DNA from: Octopus vulgaris
Taxonomy: Eukaryota
Assembly (NCBI GenBank): GCA_951406725.2
Contig: OX597815.1
Coordinates: forward strand, 89,218,001-89,282,000
Length of the DNA: 64,000 bases
Direction: 5' to 3'
Of this stretch, positions 40,974 through 52,870 are shown piece by piece; the stretch's first letter is position 1, and each line of letters begins with the position of its first letter. The notes beneath the pieces were generated by a model. It was not told the DNA's origin. It saw only the letters and a program-made list of their open reading frames with translations, and ran no database searches. The translations under genes and the position numbers were made by a program.

Positions 40974-43256
40974 GTGTGTATGTGTGTGTGAATACATATG
41001 CACATATATATGCACATACACACACATTTATATATAAACATATATTCGTATACTTGTACATATACTTATATATACACGTGCGTACATACAATTCAACATT
41101 TTGTCCCTTGTCTCGCTGACGTCGGCCCACATATAATTCACATAACAGCGTCTTCTCTAAAGCTTTTACTTCCATAATTCTTCAAAGAGCAATTTCTTTT
41201 ATCAATTCTCAAAATTTCCCCTCTGTCTATCACACATTACAATTATAATGCTTTCATAAGACCATTCATATTCTGAATATATACTTTGTTTGTCCTACTA
41301 GCGTGTGCGTTCCCTTTTGACAAAATTTCCTACCGAAATTATTGAATATATATGAAACAATTTTCGGTTCGTTGAAAGAATCACCAAAAGAATAGAGAAT
41401 TATATATATATATATAAAAAAAGAATTCCATTTTGTGTCCCATAATGAGTTTTAGATTTCCATTCTATCTAGGAGAACAAAAGGCTATATCTTGTTTAAT
41501 TTCTCTCCATTAACTTATTTGGCAAGATACATCATATTGCTTCAGAAGACATATAACCAATCAAGCACGTTTCAAATTCCTGTGACATTGAAGCATTCTT
41601 TGAAACAATTCCAATGAAATGGCTTCGCTTATATCGTGAATAACCTATTTTACATTATTGGCGCTATCTCCCTAAACATAATAAAAATATGTTGTAGTAT
41701 TCTTTATTTTTTTATCTACTTTTGGTTTTCCTTGAAAGAATGCTGATCACTTAACTGTAGGAAAATGGTATGATGGTGTCGTTTTTTAAACTCTATTGCA
41801 CAAATACACCTTTAATTTCAGTAATAACAAGTAGGAAATGAGATTCACAATACATTTCTTATTGTGTTCTTGTATTGGCATTCATATCCAGTATGATCAT
41901 CAAATCTGTTAACTACTTATATATATTAATTTCTCTTCTCACTAGGGTATATGATAGACAATTTATATTTATAATTATGTTCTTTTATTTAGATATAGGT
42001 ATGTGAAAATGGCTGATGATTATTAATCGTAATGCACTCTTGATATTTTGCCACAAGAAAAATATTATGCATCTATGAGACACAAAAGTAGTTAAAGAAA
42101 GACGTTTCGAAAATTGCTTGATCGAAAACTCTTCTTTCAAAAGCGTGTCTGAATGCGTGTCTACTAACAATAATTGATACTTTACACTCGTACACAGGTA
42201 TCATGTTTGTCTGGAATGGATACAATCGATTTAATCCTGCCTTCTGTTCGGATTATAATCATTATATCGTCGCCAGTAGGATGAAAAGTAATGTTGTCGA
42301 AAGAATTTGAAGATGATATTAATGAAACATTTTTCGCTGGACAAGTGTAATAAGAGCGGAACATGTAAATGACTTTCAACAGTTGATTTCAAATTCCAGA
42401 TTCATTCTCTGATTGGAGTCCAAACTTTCTCATTTCGTTCAAATGTTTGATTTTATCGAAAATCTCAATCAACTGATTCTATTCACTCAAGTTCTCTCAT
42501 TTGCTTGTACATTTTAAATACAGCTAGAAGAAACTTAACGATACCAATTAATTAAATGACTGCAGTTGTTCAGTCTTGATCAGACTATATTACTTACAGA
42601 AAACACTACTTTATATGCACTTACTATGTAGAAATACCTCCACTAAAGGATATACTTTCATTTTAAAGATGTAGATGAATTTCTGGTTCTGGTGTGTGAC
42701 AATCAGAGTAACACTTGCTGCGGATAGGTTTTAGAGAAAATGTTGTTTCTCATATACAGAGAGATAAGCTTACGAATATTTTGACAGATTATGAAGGTTG
42801 GGTGATACCTTCCTCACTCATTTGGTACGTTAGACATTTTGTATTACAACGTGGAGGTTTAGCCGCGTATTTATTTCTTATCGATCTGGTGTTTAGTAGA
42901 CTCTTGTTCTTGGATGGCAAAGGGGTAGCTGCTTAAGTGAGATGTAATGTAAAAGGTAGATCTAGGAGACCCTGCTATTCTTGTCGGTTTTCTTTGGTAT
43001 CTTGTCTAACCTTGTCTATCCTTGATATTCTGTTTCTTATCCAACATTCTGGTAAAGTAGTTCTGTCCAGCCACTGTTGTTTCACACGAGAGAGCGCTAC
43101 ACTTAGAATACCTATTCATAAATCCATCACCTAATTTTATAATTTTATAATATTCACTGTTGAGTACACGCATGATGCACTCCACTCTCTATTCAATACA
43201 CAATACTGTTTTATAAATGACACGATGTGACACTGAGATGCTGTATCGTCTGTCCA

Positions 43257-43495
43257 TACGAGGTGCGTTCAAAAAGTATCCAACTTTATTTCCCCCCACC
43301 AAAGCTATGCCGCGTGGGGAAAAATACTTTGGGTGAGAGGTAACGCCACCCTTTCTGCACATGTGTGAACATTTTCGCGCCAGCAGGCCGCATCAGTTCT
43401 CGGATGTTATTCCTAGAGTAGAGTACAGAGGTGTAGTGCACGCTCGTCAGTTTTTCGGTTTCAAGAAAAATGAGCGAACGCATCGACACATGTCT
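43257..43495 (+). mobile_element. mariner 5' end (TIR, UTR, start of ORF)
   Basis: TA-CGAGGTGCGTTCAAAAAGTATCC TIR; similar to the TA-CGAGGTGGTTCCGAAAAG terminus at 58319. Confidence 0.65.
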
Positions 43496-43565
43496 CATTA
43501 CTAATGATGGTAGTCTATATATGTGTATGCATATATAGATGTATATATATATATATATATCTATA

Positions 43566-43615
<50 letters not shown>

Positions 43616-43631
43616 CATTTATCTATCTATC

Positions 43632-43680
<49 letters not shown>

Positions 43681-43880
43681 GAAAAAAATAAGAGAAAAAA
43701 ATCAAATCAGAAAGGAACTCTATCTCACTCAAAATATCTTTTGATAAGCATAACAAATGCGCAACCGGTAAAAAGAACTTCACCTAATTAAATACACTCT
43801 CCCTTACTTAAATTATTTTGTCAGCATTTTCTTCATTTCCTTTTTTATATATCACAACTCGTGTTCCACATCTCCTTTTT

Positions 43881-43936
<56 letters not shown>

Positions 43937-43992
43937 CATGTATATATACATACATCCATATATATATGTGTGTGTGTGTGGGGGGGGATTCT

Positions 43993-44260
43993 ACATTATT
44001 TACATAATTTACATTATTGACATATATATATGTTGTTACTTGTTGTTAACACAACGTTTCGGCTGATATACCCTCCACCCTTCAACAGGTGTCTTGAGGA
44101 AATTTAGAACCTGGGTTCTCCTTCCTAAGTTGTTTTTCGATGGAGGATATATCAGCTGAAACGTTGTGTTAACAACAAACAAGATGAGTGCAAATATCCG
44201 TCAATTGTAAATAATGTAAATAATGTAAATAATTCCTCATCTCTTAAATATAGAACTGTG
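43993..44260 (-). mobile_element. PLE pseudo-LTR foldback with HHR-like motif (44048-44093)
   Basis: 44040-44077 is inverted at 44141-44178, with outer arms of (ATTATTTAC)n. Minus strand: GACAC-CTGTTGA-AGGGTG..CAGCC-GAAAC-GTT-GTGTT. Confidence 0.75.
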
Positions 44261-44288
44261 GGAAATTCTGTCTGTGGGTGTTTTTGTG

Positions 44289-44322
44289 GATGTAGGTGGA
44301 GTTACCTAACTCCACCTACATC
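44289..44322. repeat. perfect 16-bp inverted repeat in a probable Helitron/Helentron remnant
   Basis: GATGTAGGTGGAGTTA-CC-TAACTCCACCTACATC followed by CGATTTTGATGAAACTT; a hairpin+CTAGT Helitron-like end lies at ~45095-45124. Confidence 0.7.
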
Positions 44323-45631
44323 GTTTTATCGATTTTGATGAAACTTGAAGCTCATTTCTGGAAACCTCATGGGGTTTTCAGATTGTTGAAAAAATCGATA
44401 ATAGGGCCCCTGGTAAGGATCCTTATATATATCTAATATATTTCATTTTAACACTCAAGGGAAATAACCCATTAGCCAAGATTTTAACAGCCAAGAGAAA
44501 TTTTCCTAAATCATTTTGTATAAATCAAATTGAATATGCTTACTTCTCAGTATTCGAACTGGTACAATTATTTTCGCAATTTATCCAGTAGAACCCTTAA
44601 ATAAGTAAATAGTATTTTCCTACACAATACATCAACTTATTTCGGTTAGTGACTTATTCACGAATATACCAAAACTAGTGCCACTGAGTGTAATATTCTC
44701 TGGGAATGCACAAAAGCCATTTTTCAGAGTTATTTACTTTGAATTGTTAATATCTCATATCTGATTAGGCTGTTATTACGTAACAGGTTTCACGATTTTA
44801 GTATACATACCTTATTAGTATTTCCTCCTAAGCTTTATAATCTCTGGGGACGCATTAAAGCCCTTTCGGGGCTACTTTATTTGAATTCTTACTATCGGGT
44901 AACTAATTTCATGTTATTACATAACTTATTCACAATTTGGGTATTCATAACTTATTGGGAATTCCTAAAAACAAGATCCCGCGTAAGAGTGTTCGGTATT
45001 CTCTGTAAATGCACAAAGGGGTACATATTTTGTATTGTTGTTATTGGATTAGCTAAACAATTATGAGAACGGAACCAAGGGATAAGCCCCGCTTTCCAGG
45101 CAATTACCGGGTTCGTGAGCTAGTATATACATATACGTATATAAAAAAAAACATACACAAATAAGCATATGACAATGAAGTATTATATATGAATATATAC
45201 ATACTATACACATATATGTGTGCGTGTTTCTGCATACACAGATAGATAGAAAGAAAGAAAGAGAGAAAACGAGGGAGAGATGGAGAGAGAAGAGAGAGGG
45301 GAAGAGAAAGAAGAAATGAAATGCAACAGACGGAAATAATGTTACCGAGAAGATGGTGTGTTCCGTGTATTTGTGTGCCCCAAAATATGACACCTGAGAG
45401 AGTGAAATTGGCAATTAAAAATAAATCTTATAGTATATTGTGCGGTCAGGAAATTCTTCACAATCAGGATCAGTGACCTTTATTATGATGAACGTTGCTT
45501 CCAGACTGATATTAATTTGTATTAATTTATTTTCATATTTTCATATAACACGACTAGCACATATAACTTTAATTCATAATGATTAATTAATGCTTCTAAT
45601 TTGAAGGAGCCTTAAAGTCACATAAACTTGT

Positions 45632-45697
<66 letters not shown>

Positions 45698-46149
45698 GAT
45701 AGGTAGATATGCATATATATGTATGTATGCATGTATGTATACCTACATACGTTCATATATCGATATCTATCTACAAACACAGACACATGGGAACATACGC
45801 ACACACACATACGCACACTTACACGCATACACGCACATACACGCACGCACAAACACATACAAAGATAGGTATGTACACCATCATCTAAAGGTGAATAACT
45901 CACATAATCATCAGATAAATATAAACTTTCCAAAATTAAATTGTGCATTAACACGTGCACAACTGTCGATGCTCATAATCCACCAGATACATAATTAATG
46001 TTTTATGTCAACAAATGTCTTACAACTGCATGGGTTCACGCACATAGACACACTCACACATACATATATGCATATGTGTATATATGCATATGTGTATATA
46101 TATATATATATATATAATATATATATATATAAATACTTATGCGCCTTTA

Positions 46150-46237
<88 letters not shown>

Positions 46238-46641
46238 TATCACTTGAAAAATACCGAATGGGTAGGAAATTTTTGACCTTCGCATTGAATTTGGCTTTTA
46301 CACCTAAAATATAGATATTTTTTAGTGTTACAATACTGGTACATATTTTGCCTTCATAATATACAAGCGACTTGTAAGAAAGCCTTGGACTGTTTTGCGA
46401 ATGTAAATAAAAATTTTGGCGAGATTAAATTTTTTGTCATTTCTTACTCATTTTCATATTTAAATTTTAAATTATTTTTTGAATTTTATATATTTTTAAA
46501 AATCTATATATTCATGTTACATTTAATTATATTCTATTAATTTAGAGTACAATTTTCTTATTTTAATTTTCTATATAACAGACAGTTTAAAAATATATCT
46601 GTATGCGTATATAGGTTATGGTGTACATATGTATATTGATG

Positions 46642-46677
<36 letters not shown>

Positions 46678-46897
46678 TATATAAGCAATAATAAATCTCT
46701 GAACGAGATATAGACAGTAACTGCACGACAATGTGAAGTATATCTCCCTTCTAAATATGGCTAACCACTAAGGGTGGATGTTACTGTAGCTTGTAGCCCC
46801 AGGAGAACATCTTCTCTAGCTGGCTATTGACACACTTTATGTGACCTATCGGTATTTGCAAAGGGAGGTCATCATTCCCTTGTCAACCTAAGTGATA

Positions 46898-46942
46898 CGC
46901 ACGGACTGCAGTTTCTGGGTATTGACCCGTCAACAGCACACG
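46898..46942 (-). ncRNA. type I hammerhead-like motif (A6U core variant)
   Basis: Minus strand: CGTGTG-CTGTTGA-C-GGGT-CAAT-ACCC-A-GAAAC-TGCA-GTC-CGTGCG. Confidence 0.7.
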
Positions 46943-46948
46943 ACAATC

Positions 46949-48598
46949 CGCTTTCTCTTTATTATAGGCATGTAGCCTGAATATAAAAAGGACATTACAA
47001 TTCACATAGAAAACAATGCAAAATTTGGGGTACATAAAACAAATAATGAATATGAAACGAGTTATGTGTGATGGGAAATGGAATGGCTTACGAGTCCCCT
47101 AAGCTCGCAGTTTCATTTATACATTTTGCAACTGTTCCACTTATCCATCAGTTATATGTTCGATAACATCCTCCATCCCAATCACGTTGGGCAGACTATC
47201 ATAGCGAACGTCTATATTACTTACTTTAGTCTTTCCTTTAAATGTCTCTATCAATTTGTCTATTTTTTTCTTTTTCTATTAACACCGCTCTAACGCTTGG
47301 TTCGAACATGCCGTTTTCTAATTTCACTCGTGTCAGTCCTTTTGTTTTTGTTAATTGTTTTTCAATCTTCATATTTTTTTCGTAAAAAATTAACCTTCTT
47401 ACATTCTCTCCCCTAGGTCGTCCTGTTTGTTTTACATAATTTACTCTTTCCATCACCTTCCTCATCCATTCTTCGTATTTCTCTTTTCTGGTTTTACCTT
47501 CTTCACTCATAGTCATTGTCTTCAGTTCCTGGGTTCGACTCTCTGTACTTTTTCCACTTGCTGTTGTCTTTCTTCCTTCATTTTCTACTTTACTTTTCTT
47601 TGGGCTTTTTGGTGATGACTCCACCCTTTTTCTCTTTTTTTCTGCCGTTTTTTCTTCAACTTTTCCTCTTCCTCTTTTTCTTCTTCCTCCGCTCTCGCAG
47701 CGTCACTGCACATTTCTACCTCTTCTGCCTGCGCTTCTCTTAGGGGACACCTTGCTTGCATATGTCCCATTCTTTTACAGTTATAACATATTGCTGGTCT
47801 CCCCTCCACCACAACTCTCAGTAGGGTTTCGTCGGGGAGCACTAACTATTCCGCAATGTTATACAAATCTGGCAGGGTCATATGTATCAGTGCTTCCACA
47901 CCATAACCCCACCGGTTGACGTCTCTCGAGTTTTCAACCTTTAGGATGTCCACATCCTCCTTACAGTTATAAATTATCGCTGCTACAAGTCTCTCTACCT
48001 TTAACTCCGGCGGCACCTTTCCTATTTTCACCATAACTGCTCGTTTTCCACAATAGGACGGAAGAAGCACCCACCTAGCTGTTCTTAATATCATGGTAGC
48101 GTGTTTCTTGGCCTCCTCCTCACTTTGAGACCGCACCTCCACGGTGGCGAACTTCCTTCCTCTTGCGTAGAAGGTCGTTCTGTCTTTAATTTCCGTAAGA
48201 CATTCCTTAATGCCGTCTGTTCCTACCACTTCTATTTTCTTGTTGGCCACACTCCAACGTTCTATATACAATAATCTTTTTCCTCGCTTTTTCTGCGTCT
48301 TCCTCCGACGGTGTGATCCGTAAGCAATCACCCTCCTTCTTGAAATCCTCGAAGTATTTCTTCAAAACTTCCTTCTCAATTAATACTTCTTTCAACTGCG
48401 ACATGTCGGCCGACAGGACTTTGCCTGCTGCCTGGGCCTAACTTGTTGTTTGCATACCCACAAAGGGTAGCTACAAAATAATTTTCACAATTCAACTACA
48501 ATAGTACTTTCAACAATAAAATTTCTAATAACAATTTCTGCAACTCACAATATCGTAAACTCCAACTCCGCAAAAAGCAACACTTCAACGACGCACGT
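46949..48598 (-). mobile_element. ORF1-only (HAL1-like) L1/Tx1-related retroelement
   Basis: ~190-nt 5' UTR, single disrupted ORF, T-rich 3' UTR with AATAAA and a short purine tail. GACAATC is duplicated at 46942-46948 and 48599-48605. No RT or endonuclease motif seen. Confidence 0.75.
47115..48404 (-). pseudogene. ORF1/Gag-like protein with CCHC zinc knuckle (~430 aa, disrupted)
   Basis: ORFs 48207-48404, 47846-48331, 47585-47842 (in frame after one stop) and 47238-47624 join up. Contains LRVVVEGRPAICYNCKRMGHMQARCP (Cx2Cx4Hx4C) and a K/E-rich C-terminus. Confidence 0.8.
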
Positions 48599-48871
48599 GA
48601 CAATCACCGGTTTTCGATGGAAGGATCTCAATGCAAATACATATATCCTTTTTCCAGTGACTTTTCGTCACTGATCTTGAAAAAGTGTAAACAAGCAATA
48701 ATTAATCTCTGAACGAAGTATAGACAGTAACTGCATGACAATGTTCCACTTATCCATCAGTTATATGTTCGATAACATCCTCCATCCCAATCAGCTGGCT
48801 ATTGACACACTTTCTGTGCCCTATCGGTATTTGCAAATGGAGGTCATCCTTTTCTCGTCAACCTAAGTGAT

Positions 48872-48918
48872 TCGCACGGACTGCAGTTTCTGAGTATTGA
48901 CCCGTCATCAGCGCACGA
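48872..48918 (-). ncRNA. type I hammerhead ribozyme, intact core
   Basis: Minus strand: TCGTGCG-CTGATGA-C-GGGT-CAAT-ACTC-A-GAAAC-TGCA-GTC-CGTGCGA. Stem I is 7 bp; stem III is the palindrome ACTGCAGT; GUC cleavage site. Confidence 0.82.
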
Positions 48919-49421
48919 CAATCACCGGTTTTCGATGCAAATACATATATCCTTTTTCCAGTGGTTCTAAAAACTGAATACCAACACACACAGTGAACAG
49001 ACTACAGCGATGAGGCACTACATTACTGATTTATGATTACAAAATGGAATATTTACTGTCAAAGAAACTAGGGCATGCGGATGGTTTAGCCAGACTGATG
49101 CCAAAACACTGCGAGACATTCGAAGATACAGTATTTGTAACATAAAGATCAACAGGAGAAATGAAAAATGCAATGTGGAGTGTGGTACGCAAACTACCGG
49201 TGACACTTGGTGACATAAAACGAAATTTCGGAAAAGGTCAAGTTCATAACACAAATGAAAAGAATACTGTGGATAAGAAAAGTAAATAGGAACAGGATTG
49301 GTGCAAAACGTGAAACTATACTCAATTTGCGATGGTGTACTGATGCACGCACAGAGAGTTGTAAGACCCGAAACATTGCAAAAAAGAAAAAAATGGAGGG
49401 AATTTCATGTTGGACACACAT

Positions 49422-49458
<37 letters not shown>

Positions 49459-49616
49459 GGCGCAAGTGAAGGTCTGTGGTAAGAAGCTTGTTTCCCAACC
49501 ATATGGCTTCCAGTTCAGTCCCACTGCGTTGGACCTTGGACAAGTGTTTTCTAGTATAGCCTCAGGCCGTCCAAACCTTGCGAGTGAATTTGGTAGACAG
49601 AAACTCAAAGAAACCC

Positions 49617-49620
<4 letters not shown>
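49459..49620 (+). mobile_element. SINE family C, 5' half, flanked by (TA)n
   Basis: Colinear with 61216-61380. Confidence 0.85.
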
Positions 49621-49657
<37 letters not shown>

Positions 49658-49718
49658 GCAGGGTACATATCTGAGTATGTGTGTTGTGTGCCTTCATACG
49701 CTAGCGTTCAAGTATTCT

Positions 49719-50083
49719 AAGGCAGAAACGCTAGCACGCCGGGCGAAATGCTGAGCGGTATTTTGTCTGCCGTTACGTTCTGGGTTCAAATTCCGCTGAG
49801 GTCGACTTTGCCTTCCACCTTTCGGGGTCAATAAATTATGTACTAGTTACGCACTGGGGTCGATGTAATCGACTTGAACCCTGTGTCTGTCCTTGTTTGT
49901 CCTCTCTGTGTTTAGCCCCTTGTGGATAGTAAAGAAATAGGTATTTCGTCTGTCTTTACGTTCTGAGTTGAAATACCGCCTTTCGGGGTCGATATATTAA
50001 GTACCATTTGCGTACTGGGGTGGATCCTATCGCCTGCCCCCACCCCCAAAATTTCGGGCCTTGTGCCTAGAGTAGAAAAGTAT
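49719..50083 (+). mobile_element. dimeric SINE, family A
   Basis: Full unit to ~49940, then a second headless unit restarting at GGTATTTCGTCTG with a different tail. Confidence 0.85.
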
Positions 50084-51811
50084 TCAAATATCTGTAGATA
50101 AGATCTTTTTCTTCATTATTGGGGATAACCGGACATAATATTTCCTTTGCTTAATTGTTTTCTTAGAAATTACTTCTCATATTTCTTTTTATTAAAACGC
50201 AAGATATCACCAAAAAATTCCTTCCGAGTAAGTCGTGCGAGTGAAAAATACCATCAGTGGGATCGAACCGAGGACCGCGTACTTGTGAACTGTACTTCAG
50301 AACTTCTCGATGTTGCATATGCATTTTCCTGTACAAATCCACATAAAATTAATGCGTTTTCATTTCCATCTAAAATGAGAATTTACTATTCATATGTAAT
50401 TATCAGAATAAAAGAATATTTGATTACCCGTGTGAGCAATTTCAGTTATTTTCTCAATTTTTCTGCTTTAAACTTCCTGTAAAGTTATTTGAAATATCTT
50501 CAGGTGTTAAATACAATTACAAATCACTGATACTGTAGCATAATATTCTATTCTGTTCGATTATTGCGAACTATTGAAGGAAGATGTAACTAAGAAAGTA
50601 TAATCGTGTTAATTTCATTTCCTATGTTTTGATATTTTCAAATCGATATTTGATTAGTAGCTTTAAAGCAAATTTTTATGTATCGTTGTTTCTATTAAAT
50701 ACCTCTTTCCTTAAACACACGCACACACGCACACACACACACGCAGATGAATATGTTTCCTTACACACACACACACATACACATGTATATGTTTCTATGT
50801 GTGCATGTTTGTATATGTACACACACAAACAAGCATTTATAATGAAAACGCTGACACAAGATATCTGAAAAAAATTGTCATGTTTAGTAATATCATTTGT
50901 TCACTAATGTGGTATCAATGACAATATTTTGAAATGTGGCTTCCCCTATTAAGATGACATGTCTAATTCTAAGAATATTTGTGTAATATTTTCAGCAGGT
51001 CAAGTAGCTTCATAATAATTGATATACATGGCAAACAAATTTAATTAAATTTAACCCCTTAACTTTTTCTTCAGCACTTCTTGTTCCTTTCATCTCTCAC
51101 TATTTTCTATACAATTCTATTTCCCTCCAGTTTATTCCCTACTACCTTACTACTTTTATGTGAAAATGCTTCTGTATGGAGATCATTGAAGCAGATCTCT
51201 AACGGAGGTCAGTTTACGCTTCTATAACTATTTTCGCAATCTACATGCTGTAGGCTCCTAATTTCTCCATAACACTTTTTTCGATGCTTATTCATTGATC
51301 CCATTTAATATAGTTTACTGTGCAACTTCAAACAAATTTCTCGTTTCTGCTTCCTTTTTACCCTTATCTTATACAAATTTGCCTTTGGCTGCTTCTTTTT
51401 TTTTTTTAGCATCCTTTTCATCTTTTACCCTATTCTCTATTACTCCTTGCATTTTCTCGCCTCTTCATGAACATAAAGTCTCATTTCTACATTCTATATT
51501 CTTCATTACGTTGGCATCCATTTTTTCACATAGGTTACAATACTTCATAAAAAGAATGAAAAAAGAAATAATCATAACTACAGGAATTAAACTTCGGTAC
51601 ACAGTACCTAATGCTTCCCAAGGTTTTCTCTGCTAATAGTTGAAGCATGTACCCGTTGACTATATATGTTGAAAATAATTGCACCAGAGAAGCGTGTTAT
51701 ATTCGCGAAAACACTCATACTCACATACACACGCACGCACACCAATATATACATACACACACACATATATATATATATGCATATTTATATAGACACCCTT
51801 TCATACATCTT

Positions 51812-51870
<59 letters not shown>

Positions 51871-51878
51871 GCACACAT

Positions 51879-52695
51879 AGGCGCAGAACTGGCTGTGTGT
51901 TAATACACTTGCTTTCCAACCACACTGACCCGAGTTCAGTACCACTGCATGGCACCTTGCGCAAGTGTCTTCTACTATAGTCTTAGGCAGACGAAAACCT
52001 TGTGAGTAGATTTGGTAGGCGGAAACTGAAAGAGGCCCATCCGTGAAGCATCTCTTATATTTCTACCCATGACTTTCATTGCTTATGTCCCAGCCGTAAG
52101 GTTTCACTTCCACACATGCCAGCTTAATTTTATTCGTCTTTAGTCGAAAGACACCTGTTGTTAGTGCCCTCTTTTGCGTACTTGTAATTATGTACGTTTT
52201 CTCCATTTTTCTCGTTCTTGTTTTCGTCCAAGGAATTTAGTACTCTTAGCTTAGATTTTCTTCGGGCTGGCCAGATTGGAGTAGTCTCGAGTGCAACCGG
52301 CGGAAACTGCAAAGATAATCTGGTACTCGACTGAAGATAGGAAGTTCCGAATGAACCGCCCTTGCTCTTTTTCCTGTCCTGTTTTCTATCGTCTAACTGT
52401 CCGGATGTTTTGTTGCCGCCTGTTACGTTACTGTAAATTTTTTTGTTTGATATATAAATATATATATATCTGTATATATATATATGTATGTATGCATTTC
52501 TGTGTCTGTGTTTGTCCCCTCCACCACCGCCTGGCAACTGATGTTGTGTTCACGTCCCCGTACCTTATTAGCGGTTCGGCAAAAGAGTTCAATAGAATAA
52601 TGACTAGGCTTACAAACAACGAGTGCTGGTGTAAATTTATTTGATTAAAGGCGGTACTGCAACTGGCCACAGGCAACTGAATAAAAGTATAAAAC
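51879..52695 (+). mobile_element. SINE family C split by a ~410-bp insertion at its internal (TA)n
   Basis: 51879-52040 and 52470-52695 match the two halves of 61216-61627. Confidence 0.8.
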
Positions 52696-52717
52696 AATAT
52701 ATATGATAGTGTGTGCG

Positions 52718-52753
<36 letters not shown>

Positions 52754-52782
52754 CAAAATAAGCAACAGGGTATCAAGTAGTA

Positions 52783-52870
52783 ATGCAGTACGACCGTTTG
52801 AAGCGACCCCATTTAATTGAACAATGCTATCATTACATCAATTTAAATGCAATGCTATCTTCAGCTGCAC
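52783..52870 (-). ncRNA. hammerhead-like motif with long stem II, GAAA mutated
   Basis: Minus strand: GTGCAG-CTGAAGA-T-AGC...GCT-T-CAAAC-GGTC-GTA-CTGCAT; about 30 nt from (TA)n. Confidence 0.55.

Larger units (their letters stand above)
46683..48965 (-). mobile_element. tandem of ~350-nt HHR-bearing units with nested insertion
   Basis: Unit 1 = 46683-46948 plus 48606-48692; unit 2 = 48693-48965. Shared AAGCAATAAT.AATCTCTGAACGA, GCTGGCTATTGACACACTTT, the HHR, and ACCGGTTTTCGATG..CAAATACATATATCCTTTT. Confidence 0.88.

Noticed and set aside
42182-42379. Complex-looking 65-aa ORF, possible host exon
   Set aside because: Stops close by in the frames tested on both strands, no recognisable domain and no convincing splice pair. 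Cannot be excluded without RNA-seq.
47115-48404. LTR-retrotransposon gag between two LTRs
   Set aside because: The flanking repeats lack LTR termini, PBS and PPT. The insert has its own TSD and polyA signal and splits one repeat unit.
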